DNA of 64,000 nucleotides from the human T2T-CHM13v2.0 reference genome, Homo sapiens (GCF_009914755.1 NC_060939.1); one strand, 5' to 3'. Positions 14,256-29,188 are shown, counted from the first letter of the stretch. Numbers and translations: made by a program. The notes: a model not told the origin generated them from the sequence alone.

Positions 14256-15963
14256 TTGTCAGTCCCATCCTGGGACTTGAGTTGCACCCTGCAGGAAATA
14301 GACTAGATCCAGCATTTCTCCATGAGGACGAGATCCCCGTGGGAGCTGCTCTCACCTGGAGAGAAGCTTCCTCCCTGCTCTAGTGGGCATGGGCCAGGGC
14401 TCCGGGGGCTTTCCAGGCAGCGTTCTTGGGCGCTGCTCATAGCTCAGAGCTGGGCTTCCCTCCTCCCACCCTCCTACCCTCCCAGCTCCCGGCCGCCCCC
14501 TTCTCCGCCTGCCACACAGCTGTTTTGCCAACATCATTGCCTGATTATCTTTCAAGTGGCTTCTCGGAGCAGATGTTCCCGGCTCCTTCCTGCCTCGAAA
14601 ACAAACAGGCGCTGTCTCTCCTGGGGAAAATCCCTCTGCTGCCACAGACTCTTCTTGAGAGGTTCGGCGATGTCTGTGAAATCTCTCTGGGCTGCTCTTT
14701 GCCAGGAATTTGGCTCTGGATGGATGGCAGGGGCTCCTCAGGTCTTTCAAGGTGTGTGTGGCCCCTCGAGGGGCACTGGGAGTGGGGAAGCACACTTTTA
14801 ACAGAATCAGATTCCAGTCTGGGCGAAGCAAGGGTGGTATTTCCTTCTGTTACTGTGTCTCGATCTTATTTAACCTTTTGAAAAACATCAACATCCATCA
14901 ACTTTGATTCTGAAAGACCCTCTTGGGGGTTGTCCTTAGTTCGAAATCCCTGTTTGTTTCTGATAGCCCCACCAACAAGAAGATGTTGTCAGGCTTGCTT
15001 TTTGAGGTTTGTATTATGAAAGCAATAGGTTTTTGGTTTCCCTTTCATGAATATGAAAGTCTAGTATAAAGTTGAATGTGTATTTTAAAATGTGCTCATC
15101 TCATCTCCTTACCCACAGTGAGAATCAAGGCTCTTCGTGGCCCCCAGGCAGCCGCTTACAGGGTAGGCAGGATAATCTGGGCCACAGTTGAAAGGCCCTC
15201 TTGCCTCTCCAACCTGCTGTGTGCAAAAAATTGCACCCTCAGCAATTCCCTTTTTGGAGGGAAGGCTTGAATGCACAGGTAATACACATTGGCCACAGCC
15301 TCCAAGCTGCTCTGGCGGAGAAGGAGAGAGGCACAGGCTGGGGCTTGCCTGGGGAGGAAGATGGGGCATTGGGAAGACCGCAGCAGTGAGATCTCTCTGG
15401 AGGAGAGGGTCACCTGAGGATGCTGAGCTGGGAGGTAGGAAGGCAGGAAAAGGAAGCCCTCCTGGTGTGTGCAGAGGAATGCGGATTGCCAGCATTCTTG
15501 CTCGCCTTGGCCTGCCCAAGAACTCTGGGAGCTGGTAGCAGACAGAATAAAATCATATGTGAAATACGTTTGAGGGTCTGTTCCCAAGTTTTCCACTGAT
15601 TTGGGATGACGTCCTTGCTTCTGTCCATTCTGAAATCCCCAACCCCTCCCCGACTTTGTCGCTAGAGTATCCTCCTCTGCCGCACTCAGTCCTGCCTTAC
15701 TCCTCCCCAGCATTCCCCTGGAAGCGTGCACATGGCTGCATCTCATGGCTCCTGCGCTCATCATGCTTAGCAGACAGACTGTTGATCACCTGGTCCTGAT
15801 TTGCCCCTACTATGTTGGCCTCTGAGGTACCACCCTCTCCTGATTTCCATCTTACTTCTCTGCCTATTTCCTCTCTTTCTCCTTTGCTGTTTTTTCCTCA
15901 CTGATCTGCAAATGTGCAGATTTCTGTGATAGGGCCCCTGCCCTCCTCTAATCTTTTCTTAGA

Positions 15964-16120
15964 CCAGTGTTCTACGCATGTGAGATAGCATCCAGACACT
16001 CTGGGGTGATTGTCAAACATATAGACTCCTTAGCCCCATCTCTAGACATCTCTTTTGGGGAGCCTGGGGGCCCAGAAATTTGCATGTTCAACAAGCACCC
16101 CAAAGAGTCCAAGAAAGTTC
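15964..16120. mobile_element. MER5-like hAT-Charlie MITE
   Basis: 'ggggcccagaaatttgcatgttcaacaagcacccca'. Confidence 0.65.
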
Positions 16121-16847
16121 TGCACTGCACTGCACTGCACTGCCGCATGATTAAGCCCATCCAGTCCCAAGGCATTGCCGAGTATTTACCTGCTGACAAC
16201 TCCCCATTTCACATCTCCAGCTCCAGGCTTGTATCTCCAAATCTACTTTATGTCTCCATTTGGATACCACCCAAGCAACTGAACCTGAGCATCTCCAGAA
16301 GGAAACTTGATTTTCCTCCCCAAACCATTTTTCCTTAGTCCCATCCCTGGAAACGAAAGCACCAACCTCCAGCAGATCCTCCAGACCTCCCATTCTGCCA
16401 GTCCTACGTCCAAAACGTTAACAAATCCTGCCAGCCGTGTTCACCTTCAGAACACTTTTCTACCTGGCTGCATTTCCTTCCTCTGGTACCACTGCCGCTC
16501 TACTCCAAGCCACCTTTATCACTGCCCGGATGTCTGCAGTGGATGCCTAAATGGTCTCCTGCCCTAACTCATTCTTCTGCACCAGCTAAGGAGGAAGTAT
16601 GAAACACACAGCAGCCCCTGTTGCTCCCTTTAGTGGCTTCTCATCGCACTTAGAATGAACTCCCTAGGCCCTATGCCGTCTAGCTGCTGCCCACCTCTCC
16701 CCCTCCTCTGTTGTCACTCTGTGCCTTGCTTCATGTTGAACTTCTTTCTGTTCCCTGAATGGGCCAAACACTTTCCTGCCTTAGGGCTTCTGTACATGCT
16801 GATCCTTCTGCCCAGAATGCTCTTCCCTGGTTCTTCAAGTGTTTTTG

Positions 16848-17155
16848 TTTATTTTTATTTATTTATTTTTATTTTATTTTATTTATTTATTTATTTATTC
16901 ATTTTTTGAGACGGAGTCTCGCTGTGTCGCCCAGGCTGGAGTGCAGTGACGCGATCGCGGCTCACTGCAAGCTCCGCCTCCTGGGTTCACACCATTCTCC
17001 TGCCTCAGTCTCCCGAGGACCTGGGACTACAGGTGCCCACCACCACACCCGGCTAATTTTTTGTATTTTTAGTAGAGACGGGGTTTCACCATGTTAGCCA
17101 GGATGGTCTCGATCTCCTGACCTCGTGATCCTCCCGCCTCGGCCTCCCAAAGTGC
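16848..17155 (-). mobile_element. AluY, 5'-truncated by about 30 bp
   Basis: AluY diagnostics 'gcaagctccgcctcc', 'caccattctcc', 'ttagccaggatggtctcgatctcc'; TSD cttcaagtgt(t/c)tttg; (TTTA)n tail. Confidence 0.93.
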
Positions 17156-17469
17156 CTTCAAGTGTCTTTGGCTCCTCCCTATCCTTTAGGTTGGAGTTTC
17201 CTGACTTCCTTGTTATCATATTATTTCTTTCATCCTATTATTTGTGATCATGGCAATCTGTTTATTCTTCCACAGACACTCATAGTTTTTAACTATACAT
17301 GTGTTAATAATTACTTATGTCTTTTTGGTTCCTTTTACAAGACAGTGTGTTCTACGAGGGCAGGGACTATTCTGTTTTCCTTACCTAGTGCAGAGTAGCA
17401 CCTGACAAACATTTGTTGAATGAATGAAGTGAATTTCATTTCATCCAGTTATGTACCATTTGGCTCCAG

Positions 17470-17830
17470 CCCTGTTATCCTATTGCACTCTATTCTGTTC
17501 AGACCTGTTTGCAACTATTCTGCCCTGTGCTGGTCTGCTGAATCCTATTCTATTCTGCTGCATCCTGTTCTAGTCTATTCTGTCCTGTTCCATTCTGTTC
17601 TGACCTGGTCTAGTCTACTCTGTCCTGTTTTATTCTGTCCCATCTTGTTCTATTCTATTCCAGCCTGTTCCAGTCTGGTTCTACTCGCTTCGTCTGTTCC
17701 ATCCTCTCCTATTCTGTTCCATTCTAGTTTGCTTTTTTCGTCCTACTTCTTTCTATCTGTACCATACTATTCTTCTTGCTTCTATTCCATCACATCCTGC
17801 CCCAGTCCACACTGTTTGCTCGATTCTCAT
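17470..17830. repeat. Decayed pentamer simple repeat (CTATT/CTGTT/CTGTC)n
   Basis: Recurrent 'ctattctgttc', 'ctattctattc' with 5-bp phase. Confidence 0.75.
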
Positions 17831-18329
17831 TGACTTCATCTCATTTAGTCTCACTCCAGCACATTTCACCCCGGTACTTTCCTCAAGCTTTTTGGAATAC
17901 CTGCTTTGTGCTCAGTCTTCTTCAAGGGAGCCATGCGATTATGAGAGAAAGAAACATCATCCTGGGCCTGAGATGACCCCTCTAAAGGGTGAGTGAATGG
18001 GGAGAGAGGAGAGATTGACATCGGGGTCTTCGCTGACCTATGATGGGGCGTGCTTGGTTAGGAAGAGAAGGCAATGGCATGAGAGGAAGCAGGGAATGGG
18101 CCCTGGAGTGTGGGTGATGCTCTGAGGACTTTAGCATGGGAAACTTAAGCAGGAGCCTGGGGCTGGGGCAGGCAGAGAGTACAAAGTAATGGGAGATCAA
18201 GGTGCAAAGGTAGGTTTTTCTCTTTCTGTGGTTGACTGGTGCTTTGATGTTTTCAAAGAAGGACACTTGCATGGTTTGGAAATGACTGTTGGGACACCAT
18301 CCAGCCTGCTGCCATCAGGCCATCAGAAG

Positions 18330-18525
18330 AGGCAGTGTTGTCCAGTGGAATGGGAATCCCTGGGGAGGCTGCTTAGCCTTTCTAAGCCTCAGTTCCCACA
18401 TCCGTAAAATGGTCATAATAACACCTACCTTGAGTTTTGTGAAGATAAATAGCTTAGACTCCTGTGCAGAGGGTTGGCAAGCACTCAGTCCAGCACCTGA
18501 CCTATTGTAGGTGTCCACGCAATGT
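18330..18525 (+). mobile_element. MIR SINE
   Basis: 'agcctcagttcccacatccgtaaaatggtcataataacacctacct'. Confidence 0.8.
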
Positions 18526-19929
18526 TCACCCTCTCCTACCTTGCCACTGATCACTCTAGTCCACCCTGATGTTACTAGGTTAGCTCTGAAATCAGTTCTC
18601 CCCATTGTGAAATGGAGACAGTGTGAAGCAAGCAGGAAGTATTAGAGAGGCTCTGTAGAATTGTGGTTTTGAGCTTGAAGGGTCTGGATGCATGACAAAT
18701 GTTTGTTGATTGAATGATTGATTATAGCTCCCTACATCCACCATAATACTTAGCATGGAGGTGGGAGCACATAGGAGGTACCTAATAAATAACCATGGAC
18801 TTGTAACAAATATAAAAAGAACCTGAAAGAGTAGAAGGTGGGTGACACCCTTTCCAAAGCAGACCAGACAGGTAGATGCTGGGACTGAGCTGATGAAATT
18901 TGCACCAAACCTCCAAATATATTCAGAATCAGGGAATTAGGAGACAACGGAGGAGGCTGCCAAAAAGAATTTATCTCCGAAGTGGAGCTTGGGGAATAGC
19001 ACTAATATTTTCGGAAATTGAAACTCCAACCATGAAATTGCCTATCATTTATCATACATGGTCTCTCAAAGGGGAAACGGGAAAGCATTTAGTCTTATTG
19101 CTTTTTAAACACATGATTGCTGAGCATAGCCATCCAGGCTGAGGTTTTAAGAGACAATGTGTCTGAAAGAGTCTGGCCAGCAAGTCACTCCAACCTAATG
19201 CAAGGCTGCTCTCTGCAGACTCTCCTATGCCAAGCACCCTGAGCCACGCGTGGTGAGGGTGCAACCCAGGCCAGGCTTGGGTGACTGGGTGTGGTGCCAA
19301 TTCTAGCTTTCATAGAAAACTCTAAGTCTGAATTTTCCCCCAGCTCCTTCTTGATGCCCAATAGCTATCTCATTATTAAAGTCATTTGCACTTTTAGTTC
19401 CAAACTTCTTTGGAAAGGGTCCCACTGATGACTTCCACTTCCACCTCTATATTGATGCTTATCAAATTTCTCTTTCCTAGACCTACTGGGGATTTCAGGC
19501 CTCTATGTGAAACCACCACCCAGGTCTCTTCAACTGAAATGCCCATAGGTTCATCAAATGCAGCATGTTTGAACTGTAGACAACATTCTCCCAAGCTTCC
19601 TGGCTTGGCAAAAGGCATCCCTGCTGCCCTGAGAGCTGGAACAGACTCTGAGACACAGAATGACAGTCGCCCATGTGTGTCAGCAGTTTGAAGGTGGCAT
19701 TCTGCTATCACAGGGCTCATGATAGTTGATCTCCCAACAAGGGGCAGGTTGAGAATATCCACTAGTGGATCTGAGGTCAGTGAATAGGAAAGGAGGCTGG
19801 GGACTTTCTGGAGCAGCTCTTATACAGTGAGCCCAGTGTTTGCACTTGGACTGATATATGTTTGAAATTGTAAAGGAGACAGGAGGTGAGCACAGACTAA
19901 AGTCCTCTCAAGCCACCCTTCTGCTCCCA

Positions 19930-20110
19930 ATAAGCTTGTAAGGAGAGCAGGGAAGGAACTGTTAAATTGTTATTACCATCCATAGATGAAGAACCTGAGT
20001 TTGCAAGAGACTGTATAACTTATCCAAAGCCACAAAGCTAGAGGTGGTGTCCATGAGATTCCCACCAGGCCTCCTGATGACCAGCATCGTGTTCTTTCTC
20101 CTGAACAGAG
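19930..20110 (-). mobile_element. MIR SINE
   Basis: 'catagatgaagaacctgag...aacttatccaaagccacaaagctag'. Confidence 0.7.
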
Positions 20111-20712
20111 AAGTGCCCAGGACAATGGCCAGTACACTTGACAGCGAGTCAGAGGATGTGAGTTCTCACTCCTGCATGGCCACTAAAAATACCCAGCTAC
20201 TGCCTGCTCTGCAGTCCTTGAGTGGGCCCTGGGAAATGGGGGTGTCTATGAAGCAGCCCCCCTGGGGCTCTACACTCTCCCTGGACAGTGCATTCTCACC
20301 TCTGGCTACAGTGACCATCTCTGTACTGATGACATCTGGATCCTCATCTTTAACCCAATCTGTAGGACACCTCTCTTGGGAAACCCTACAGGCACCACTA
20401 AGTGAATATGTGTTTTGGGAATTCCAAATTCCTTCCTGGAAATCTTCATCTCGAGCCCTCATTAACTTCCTTCCCGCCAGAAAGGCTCTCAAGTTAGGTT
20501 TCACTGATTTTCTCTCACATTTCTTCCAGAACCACCACCACAAATGGTTGTCATGAATGTGCCTTTGCATTCTGTGAGACTACTGTTGATTTTTGCATTG
20601 TCCTGCATGCTATCCAATGCCTCTTGTATAAGGATCACTAAGGCAAATGCCTGCTATAATTGAGTCCTGGCCAGGGTTGGGGGTAGGCTGGACACTGAGA
20701 TCTCTGGAAAGA

Positions 20713-21564
<852 letters not shown>

Positions 21565-21811
21565 TCAGAACGTTTTTTAAAATCTTCCCAAACTGAAACC
21601 CTATACCCATTAAACAATGATTTCCCATTACCTTCTCCCCTCAACCCCTGACAATCACCATTCTACTTTCTGTCTCTGTGAATTTGGCTTCTCTAGGCAC
21701 CTCTGTACATGGGACCCTACGGTGTTTGTCCTTTTGTGACTGGCTAATTACACTTAGCATAACATCCTTAAGGTTCACCATGTTGTAGCATGTGCCAGAA
21801 TTCCCTTCCTT

Positions 21812-22286
<475 letters not shown>

Positions 22287-22426
22287 TGAATAATTCTGCT
22301 GGGAATATGGGTGTTCAAATCCCGACTTCGAATTCTTTTGGGTCTGTATCTGTACATGGTTTTTAATTTTCTGTTTTAACAGCTTTATTGGATGTATGCC
22401 TATTAATATAAGAAGCAAATATACCT

Positions 22427-22714
22427 GGCCAGGTGCGGTGGCTCACACTTGTTATCCCAGCACTTTGGGAGGCTGAGGCAGGTGGATCATGAAATCAGGA
22501 GTTCGAGACCAGCCTGGCCAAGATGGTGAAACCCCGTCTCTACTAAAACTACAAAAATTAGTTGGGTGCGGTGGTGGGCGCCTGTAATCCCTGCTACTTG
22601 GGAGGCTGAGGCAGAAGAATCACTTGAACCGGGGAGACGGAGATTGCAGTGAGCCAAGATCACACACTGCTCTCCAGCCTGGGGGAGAGAGAAAACTGTC
22701 AAAAAAAAAAAAAA
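22427..22714 (+). mobile_element. AluS (Sg/Sc-like)
   Basis: Full Alu; perfect 17-bp TSD aagaagcaaatatacct (22410-22426 / 22715-22731). Confidence 0.97.
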
Positions 22715-22899
22715 AAGAAGCAAATATACCTAACCTGTATCAGGTAGCACTGTATGCCTGGCACTGTTCTAGGTTCTGTGATCATTGTAATGTATATTTT
22801 ACAGTTGGGCAATTGCTCTTTTTTGGAAGAAGATGGAATATCAGTTGTAACAAAGCCATTAACTAACTAAGCTGCCTCTACTTTCTTACTCCTGACATA

Positions 22900-23800
22900 T
22901 TCTTCAGCCTGAAGCAACATGACTCCACCCCCAGCACCATGGAAACTGTTTTGGCAAAGGTCACCAGTGACCTTCATGTTGCCAAATCCAGCAGAGAACT
23001 TTAGGTCTCTTACTTGCTACTGATTTTGACCCTGTTGACTATTCATCCTTCCTGAACTTCTTCACCGGCACCTGGGACACCACCACTCTGTCCTGGTTTC
23101 CCCCTGTTTCCTTTTCTCCTCTGTCCCTTCGAAGGGTCCTTTCCCTTTGCAGACCCTCAAAGGTAGGCACTTTTAATAGCTGTCTCCTTGAGTTGCTATT
23201 TTTCTCTCTTGACACTGCCTTTCCTGGTGACTCCCGGTCTTCCATGTCACTGTAGTCACTGCCTCTTGGAGCCGATGACTTCCAAATCTCTACCTCTGGT
23301 GTTAGGCTCCATCCTGACCTTCAGTCTCACATATCCAGCCTATTGCATTTCTCTCTAGAATGCTCCACAGTTATCTTAGCCTCAACATGTCCCAAGTGGA
23401 GCTCATTTTGGCACCTCCCCCTGACCCACTGCCCAATCTCAGCAAATGACATCACAGACCCAGTTGCCTAAGCCACCAACCAATTGACCGTCTTCCAGTT
23501 TATCTTCAGACCTCACCAGTCCCACCTCCTTGCTACTTTTCAGGCTGATCCCTCTTTTCTATTCCTTTTCCTCATTCCAAATTCAGGTCCCATCCTCCCT
23601 AGCCTGCAGTGTTAGAACTAGCTGTGGACTGGTCCCCCTCTCTCTAGTCTTGCCCTATTCAAATACATCTTCCACAGCTGCCAGATGGATTAATCTCAAA
23701 CACAGGGCTGACCATGTCCCCTCTATACTTAAAACTCCCTGTGTCTTCCTGGCCCTTGTAGGATACAATCTGAGCTCTGAGAATGGCATTTACCCCTTCT
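22900..23800 (+). mobile_element. L2 LINE remnant
   Basis: 'caaaggtcaccagtgaccttcatgttgccaaatcca', 'gatgacttccaaatctctacctct'. Confidence 0.8.
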
Positions 23801-24286
23801 CCTGCCGCATCATCACCATTGCATGGTCCATCCTTCCTGTGAACGTGCACTGTGTTTCTACTACCCATCAGCAATGATGGGAGGGTACTGGAACTGGAAC
23901 TGGGTGCAGTGATGAGAAATCAGACATGCTCTGGCCTCACAGCCGGAGGGGAGGGAGATAGTCACCCAAAAAATGTAGCACCACTCAGTCTGGTCCGTTG
24001 CATAACGAAAAAGAACCTGGTGACACAGGAGCATAGAAGGGGTAGGACTCGGGGGTGGGGGCAGAGCTCCAAGGAGAGGGAAAGGCCAGTGCCTGATCTT
24101 TCCTGGTGGTTCTGTACTCTCTCACTCTGCCTTCAGGATCCATCTCTTCTCCCTCTCCATTAATTCAGGCCTTCTTGATTTCTCACCAGGATTGCTTTAA
24201 TGTCCTCCTACGTGATCTCTCTGCCTCCATCTCTTGACCCACTTCACCCACTGCTGCCAGAATGTCCTTTCTAAAACCCAAATCTG

Positions 24287-24534
<248 letters not shown>

Positions 24535-25139
24535 TTATTGCCCTTCAGCTGACAACTCTTTGATGACTGCTACAGTAAAATGTCAACTTCTTGGTGTGAC
24601 TTCTGAGGCCCTTCACAGTTAGGTTTTCTTCTTTCCTACCTGAGCTGCCCTCCCCTCCTCGCCTCTCCTCCTCTTAGACTGCAACTCTGCCCCACTGCTC
24701 ATGAGTTGCCGAACAGGGCGTGCGTGTGCGTATCTCCAGCCTTGGGCCATGCCGCCCTCATCACCATATTGCTCCTTCTGCCTTCTCTGTTTCCTGCTTA
24801 CACGTCAAGGCCCCTCTCTGTGGAGCTGCCTCCTCTCTCTCAAGAAGGATGCATGGATCTGGGAGGATGCAGGATGCATTTCTGTGCCTTTAGGGCTCCT
24901 TCTGTGTCCACCTATGCGGAGCCTGACATGCCACAGTTTGCTGGGCAGCCTCTCTCCCAGCCTTAGTGAGCCTCTACAGGGAAAGAAAGATGTCTGGTTC
25001 ATCTCTTTAATGCTGGGCCATGCAAGGGGTTTGGCAAGGAAAAGCTCCTCAGTAGCTATTTACTGAACACAGGATTCCAAAATCTGACCCTGTCCCAGAA
25101 GAGAAGGCACAGCCCCACCTCATGGAACTTTCAGTCTGT

Positions 25140-25790
<651 letters not shown>

Positions 25791-25819
25791 TGGGATGAGA
25801 AGTTTCCATTCCATTCAAA

Positions 25820-28340
25820 AGGTGGTGAAAGCCACTGGAGGGTTTTAAGCAGGGAAGTGGCATGGCCTGATTTCCACTGTACAAAGCTGACCCTGGCTGA
25901 CTCACGGTGAGTGCATTGGGAGGGCAAGAGTGAAGGCAGGGGCCTGGCCTGGGGGATCCACCCTCCTTCAGCCTAGAGGCACCAGTTTCCACAGAGATGC
26001 CCATTGGCCTGGCCCTTATGGTCCCTTCAGAGCCCAAACATTGCTGGAAACTTTGCCCAGGAATGTGATGCCTGGGGCCACCAAGAGCACACCACGCCAC
26101 CTTTGCCTGTCCATTCTGCAGATGAGCAATACAGACCCGGAAAGGCCTAAGGCTGCTTAGCTCTAAAATAATGGCTCACTCACCCAGTGCTTCTAATGTG
26201 GGGCCTAATCACTTGTGGTTAGAGAGGGAGCCCCACGTTCGGTCAGGAAGGGGTGGGGGCTGCAGGTAGGGGAGGGCATCACTGATGCCCAGGAGACAGA
26301 CTTTAGTTCAGCAGTGAGGCAGTGCTGGCCCAGATTGGGGTGGCCATGGGGAGAAGGAGGAATGTGGACAGACTGGGATGTGTGTTGGGGGTGGGATGGT
26401 CAGGGACTTGCTGATAGCTTGGGTGTGCGGGATGAAGAGGGGAATTCGAGCTAACTCTGGGATATTTTGCTTAAGCACCTGAGTGGGTGGTGATGTCATT
26501 GACAGAGGTGGGAAGTCTAGGGAGCAGGGAGGAGGAGCAAGTTTGCAGCAAAAGCTAAGAGTTTGGTTTTAGCCATATGCATTAATTTTGAGATGGCTCC
26601 TAGTCATTCTCCTGCAGTTGAATACACACCCTGGGAGTTCCAAGGAGCAGCCAGGACTGGAGATGGAGGCATGGAGTCAATGACGGAGACCTGGTATTTG
26701 ATGCAATTGGATGGGATGAAGTTATCTTGGGACCATTGGGAAAGAAGAAAAGAAAGAGGCCGGGGGGTTCCCCCTGAGATTATCCTGCACATAGAGACTG
26801 GGACATGTGGCAGAGTTGGCTGAATAGACTGAGAAGGAGCAGACAGGGAGTAGGAAGAAACCCAGGAGAGGGAGCAGTGGAGGCCAAGTATAAAGCATTA
26901 TAGGAAGTGGGAAGAGGTCCTGAATCAATCACTGCTGAAAGTTCAAGTGAAAGGAAAAGAAAGTGAACTGGACACTTAGGGGTCGGTGGTGACATGATGA
27001 ATGCTGAGTCAGCTAAGCCATGGGGACAGAATGCCCACTAAGAAAGTGGAGGCAGGAGGTGCAGACGATTTTTTAAACACTTTTTGCAGTGAAGGGGAGC
27101 AGAACATTGAGATGGAAGCTGGAGAGAGAAGTGGAGCCCAATGGAGCTGTTTGTTTATCACAGGAGATCCTAGAGCAGCCTGTTGTGGATGACCTAATGG
27201 AGAAAGAGGAAGCGATGTGCAGAAGGAGGAGGTATCTACGGTTCAGATAACAGAAGTGGGATCCAAGACCCACATGGAGGGAATGGCCTTGGGCAGAGCA
27301 GTGGCCTTCATCCACAGGAGCAGGAGGGAGGCTGCCAGGTTTCACGATGGGAAGATGACTTTTCTGATTTATGCTATTTCCTGAGCAAAGCATGAGGCAA
27401 GTGAGGCTGGGGGTAGTGAGGGGTGTGGGGAGAGGAGAAAGGCTGAGACAGTTGCTCTGGAGAATGGGAACGTGCAAGACAACGGTAGCAGTGCTGTGGA
27501 ACAACACCAGGGCCCAATTGAGATTTCAGGCTATGAATTTAGAGGAAGCCAGTCTGTTTTTTCTCTACCTTTATTTTGCTGTGTGGGTGCAGGCATTGAG
27601 TAGGTGGGTAGTTGGATTTAACCCAGGTTGAGCATGGTCTTTAAGTATGAAGAAGTAAGGGGAGAAAAGAAGATGAAAGATGGATGTGATGGCAGAGGGC
27701 TGATGGTGGTGACAGAGGAGGGTGAGGGGTGGGAGGGCTTGGCGAGGCGGAGGGATCACTTGTCATCTGGAAGGATGACAGGTGGTCTCCCGGTGGGATG
27801 TTTGAAGTGGAGATTGTGTGGATGGTGCCGTGTTCATGATGGTACAAGATGTGATGCCCGTGGGAGTAGGTGGGGAGGAGGGTGACAAATGGTTGGACCG
27901 ACCTGGTAGAGGAAGAGAGAGGCACCAGTGTTGGGTGGATCTGCAAAGTGGATGTTGAAGTCACCAAAACTGATGATAGGATGAGGGTGGGGAGGAAGAC
28001 AGGGCAGATGTGTCAGTTAAGTCTGTGATGAATGTGAGGTGCAACCCGGTGGGGCAGTGGTGACAGGTAGAGTGTATGGACATGGATTCAGAGAGGATGG
28101 CACTTAGAAAGGGAAAGGGAGGGCAAATGTTTTGGAAAAGGCAATCCCAGGGTCTGTGGGGGCGTGGGAGAGGAAACAGGGGGAACTGGTGTGTTGGGGG
28201 CAGCCAGGTGTCAGTTAGGGAGAGTTCAAAACAGAGGCTGAGGGTATGGGCTGCTTGTAATGACAGGGTCTGAGTCCCCAGCACCGAGAGAGGGTGCTGT
28301 TCCTGGAGGCTGGAGGTCTCAGTTTCTGTGGGAGGCTTAG
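25820..28340 (-). mobile_element. Long L2 LINE remnant
   Basis: 'gccactggagggttttaagcagggaagtggcatg' followed by G/A-rich reverse L2 body; interrupted at ~25946-26296. Confidence 0.75.
25982..26296 (+). repeat. 315-bp dispersed direct duplication, copy 1 (partner 28874-29188)
   Basis: Ungapped manual alignment, about 20 mismatches in 315 bp. Confidence 0.97.
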
Positions 28341-28873
28341 ATTCCACATCTCTGTGGTTTCAAGTTCCTCAGAAGCAGAATGGTGTCATGGTCACTTTTG
28401 AGTGGGTGATAGGATGCTACGGAATGAGGGGTATGGGCTCAGCCCTGGACTTGCAGGAGCTTTCTAGCTGTGCCTGGGCTGATGGGCGTGGAGTGCCCAG
28501 CCAGGCAAACCCACCAGTTGGTAGTAGGAGGCTGATGGCCTCACTTGTGGTGGGAGGCCCCGCCCTCCACGCTGTCCAAGTTTTGCAGGTAAGAGACGAA
28601 ACACATTTCGAGGGCAACTGAGCACTGGACACCATGCTGTGGCTTGGCAGGTGCCTGCAGCACAGGTGTGTGGGTAATTGTGTTACATGGGAAGATGCAC
28701 AAAACCACCAGCCCTGGGCTGGCCTTGGGGGCAGGAGCAGAGAGGGGCTGGGCAGAGGTGGGACAGGGACATTACCTTCTTGCAACGAGAAGACACCTCA
28801 GGGCACAAGCCCAGGTTGGTGAGAACATTTGCATTTCTTTAAACAAATGCCAGAGAGATGGGGGAAATTCAGG

Positions 28874-29188
28874 CCAGTTTCCATAGAGATGCCCACTGGC
28901 CTAGCCCTTATGGTCCCTGCAGAGCCCAAACATTGCTGGAAAGTTTGCTCAGGAATGTGATGCCTGGGGCCACCAAGAATACACCATGCCACCTTTGCCT
29001 GTCCATTTTGCGGCTCAGCAGTACAGACCTAGAGAGGCCTAAGGCTGCTTAGCTCTAAAATAATGGATCACTCACCCAGTGCTTCGAATGTGGGGCCTAA
29101 TCACTTGTGGTTAGAGAGGGAGCCCCACGTTCAGTCAGGAAGGGGTGGGGGCTGCAGGTAGGGGAGGGCATCACTGATGCCCAGGAGA
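28874..29188 (+). repeat. 315-bp dispersed direct duplication, copy 2 (likely donor)
   Basis: Matches 25982-26296; the ORF track shows the paralogous peptides SFHRDAHWP..ERPKAA. Confidence 0.97.

Larger units (their letters stand above)
15790..17430 (+). mobile_element. L2 LINE 3' remnant, interrupted by a MER5-like MITE and AluY
   Basis: CT-rich L2 motifs; terminal 'aaacatttgttgaatgaatgaa' at ~17408-17429. Confidence 0.75.

Noticed and set aside
14322-15764. Several overlapping 120-200-aa ORFs on both strands
   Set aside because: Stop-poor GC-rich DNA; no homology or exon structure recognised
20044-20570. Antiparallel 170-aa and 134-aa ORFs
   Set aside because: Begin or end in MIR/repeat-like sequence; no protein family recognisable
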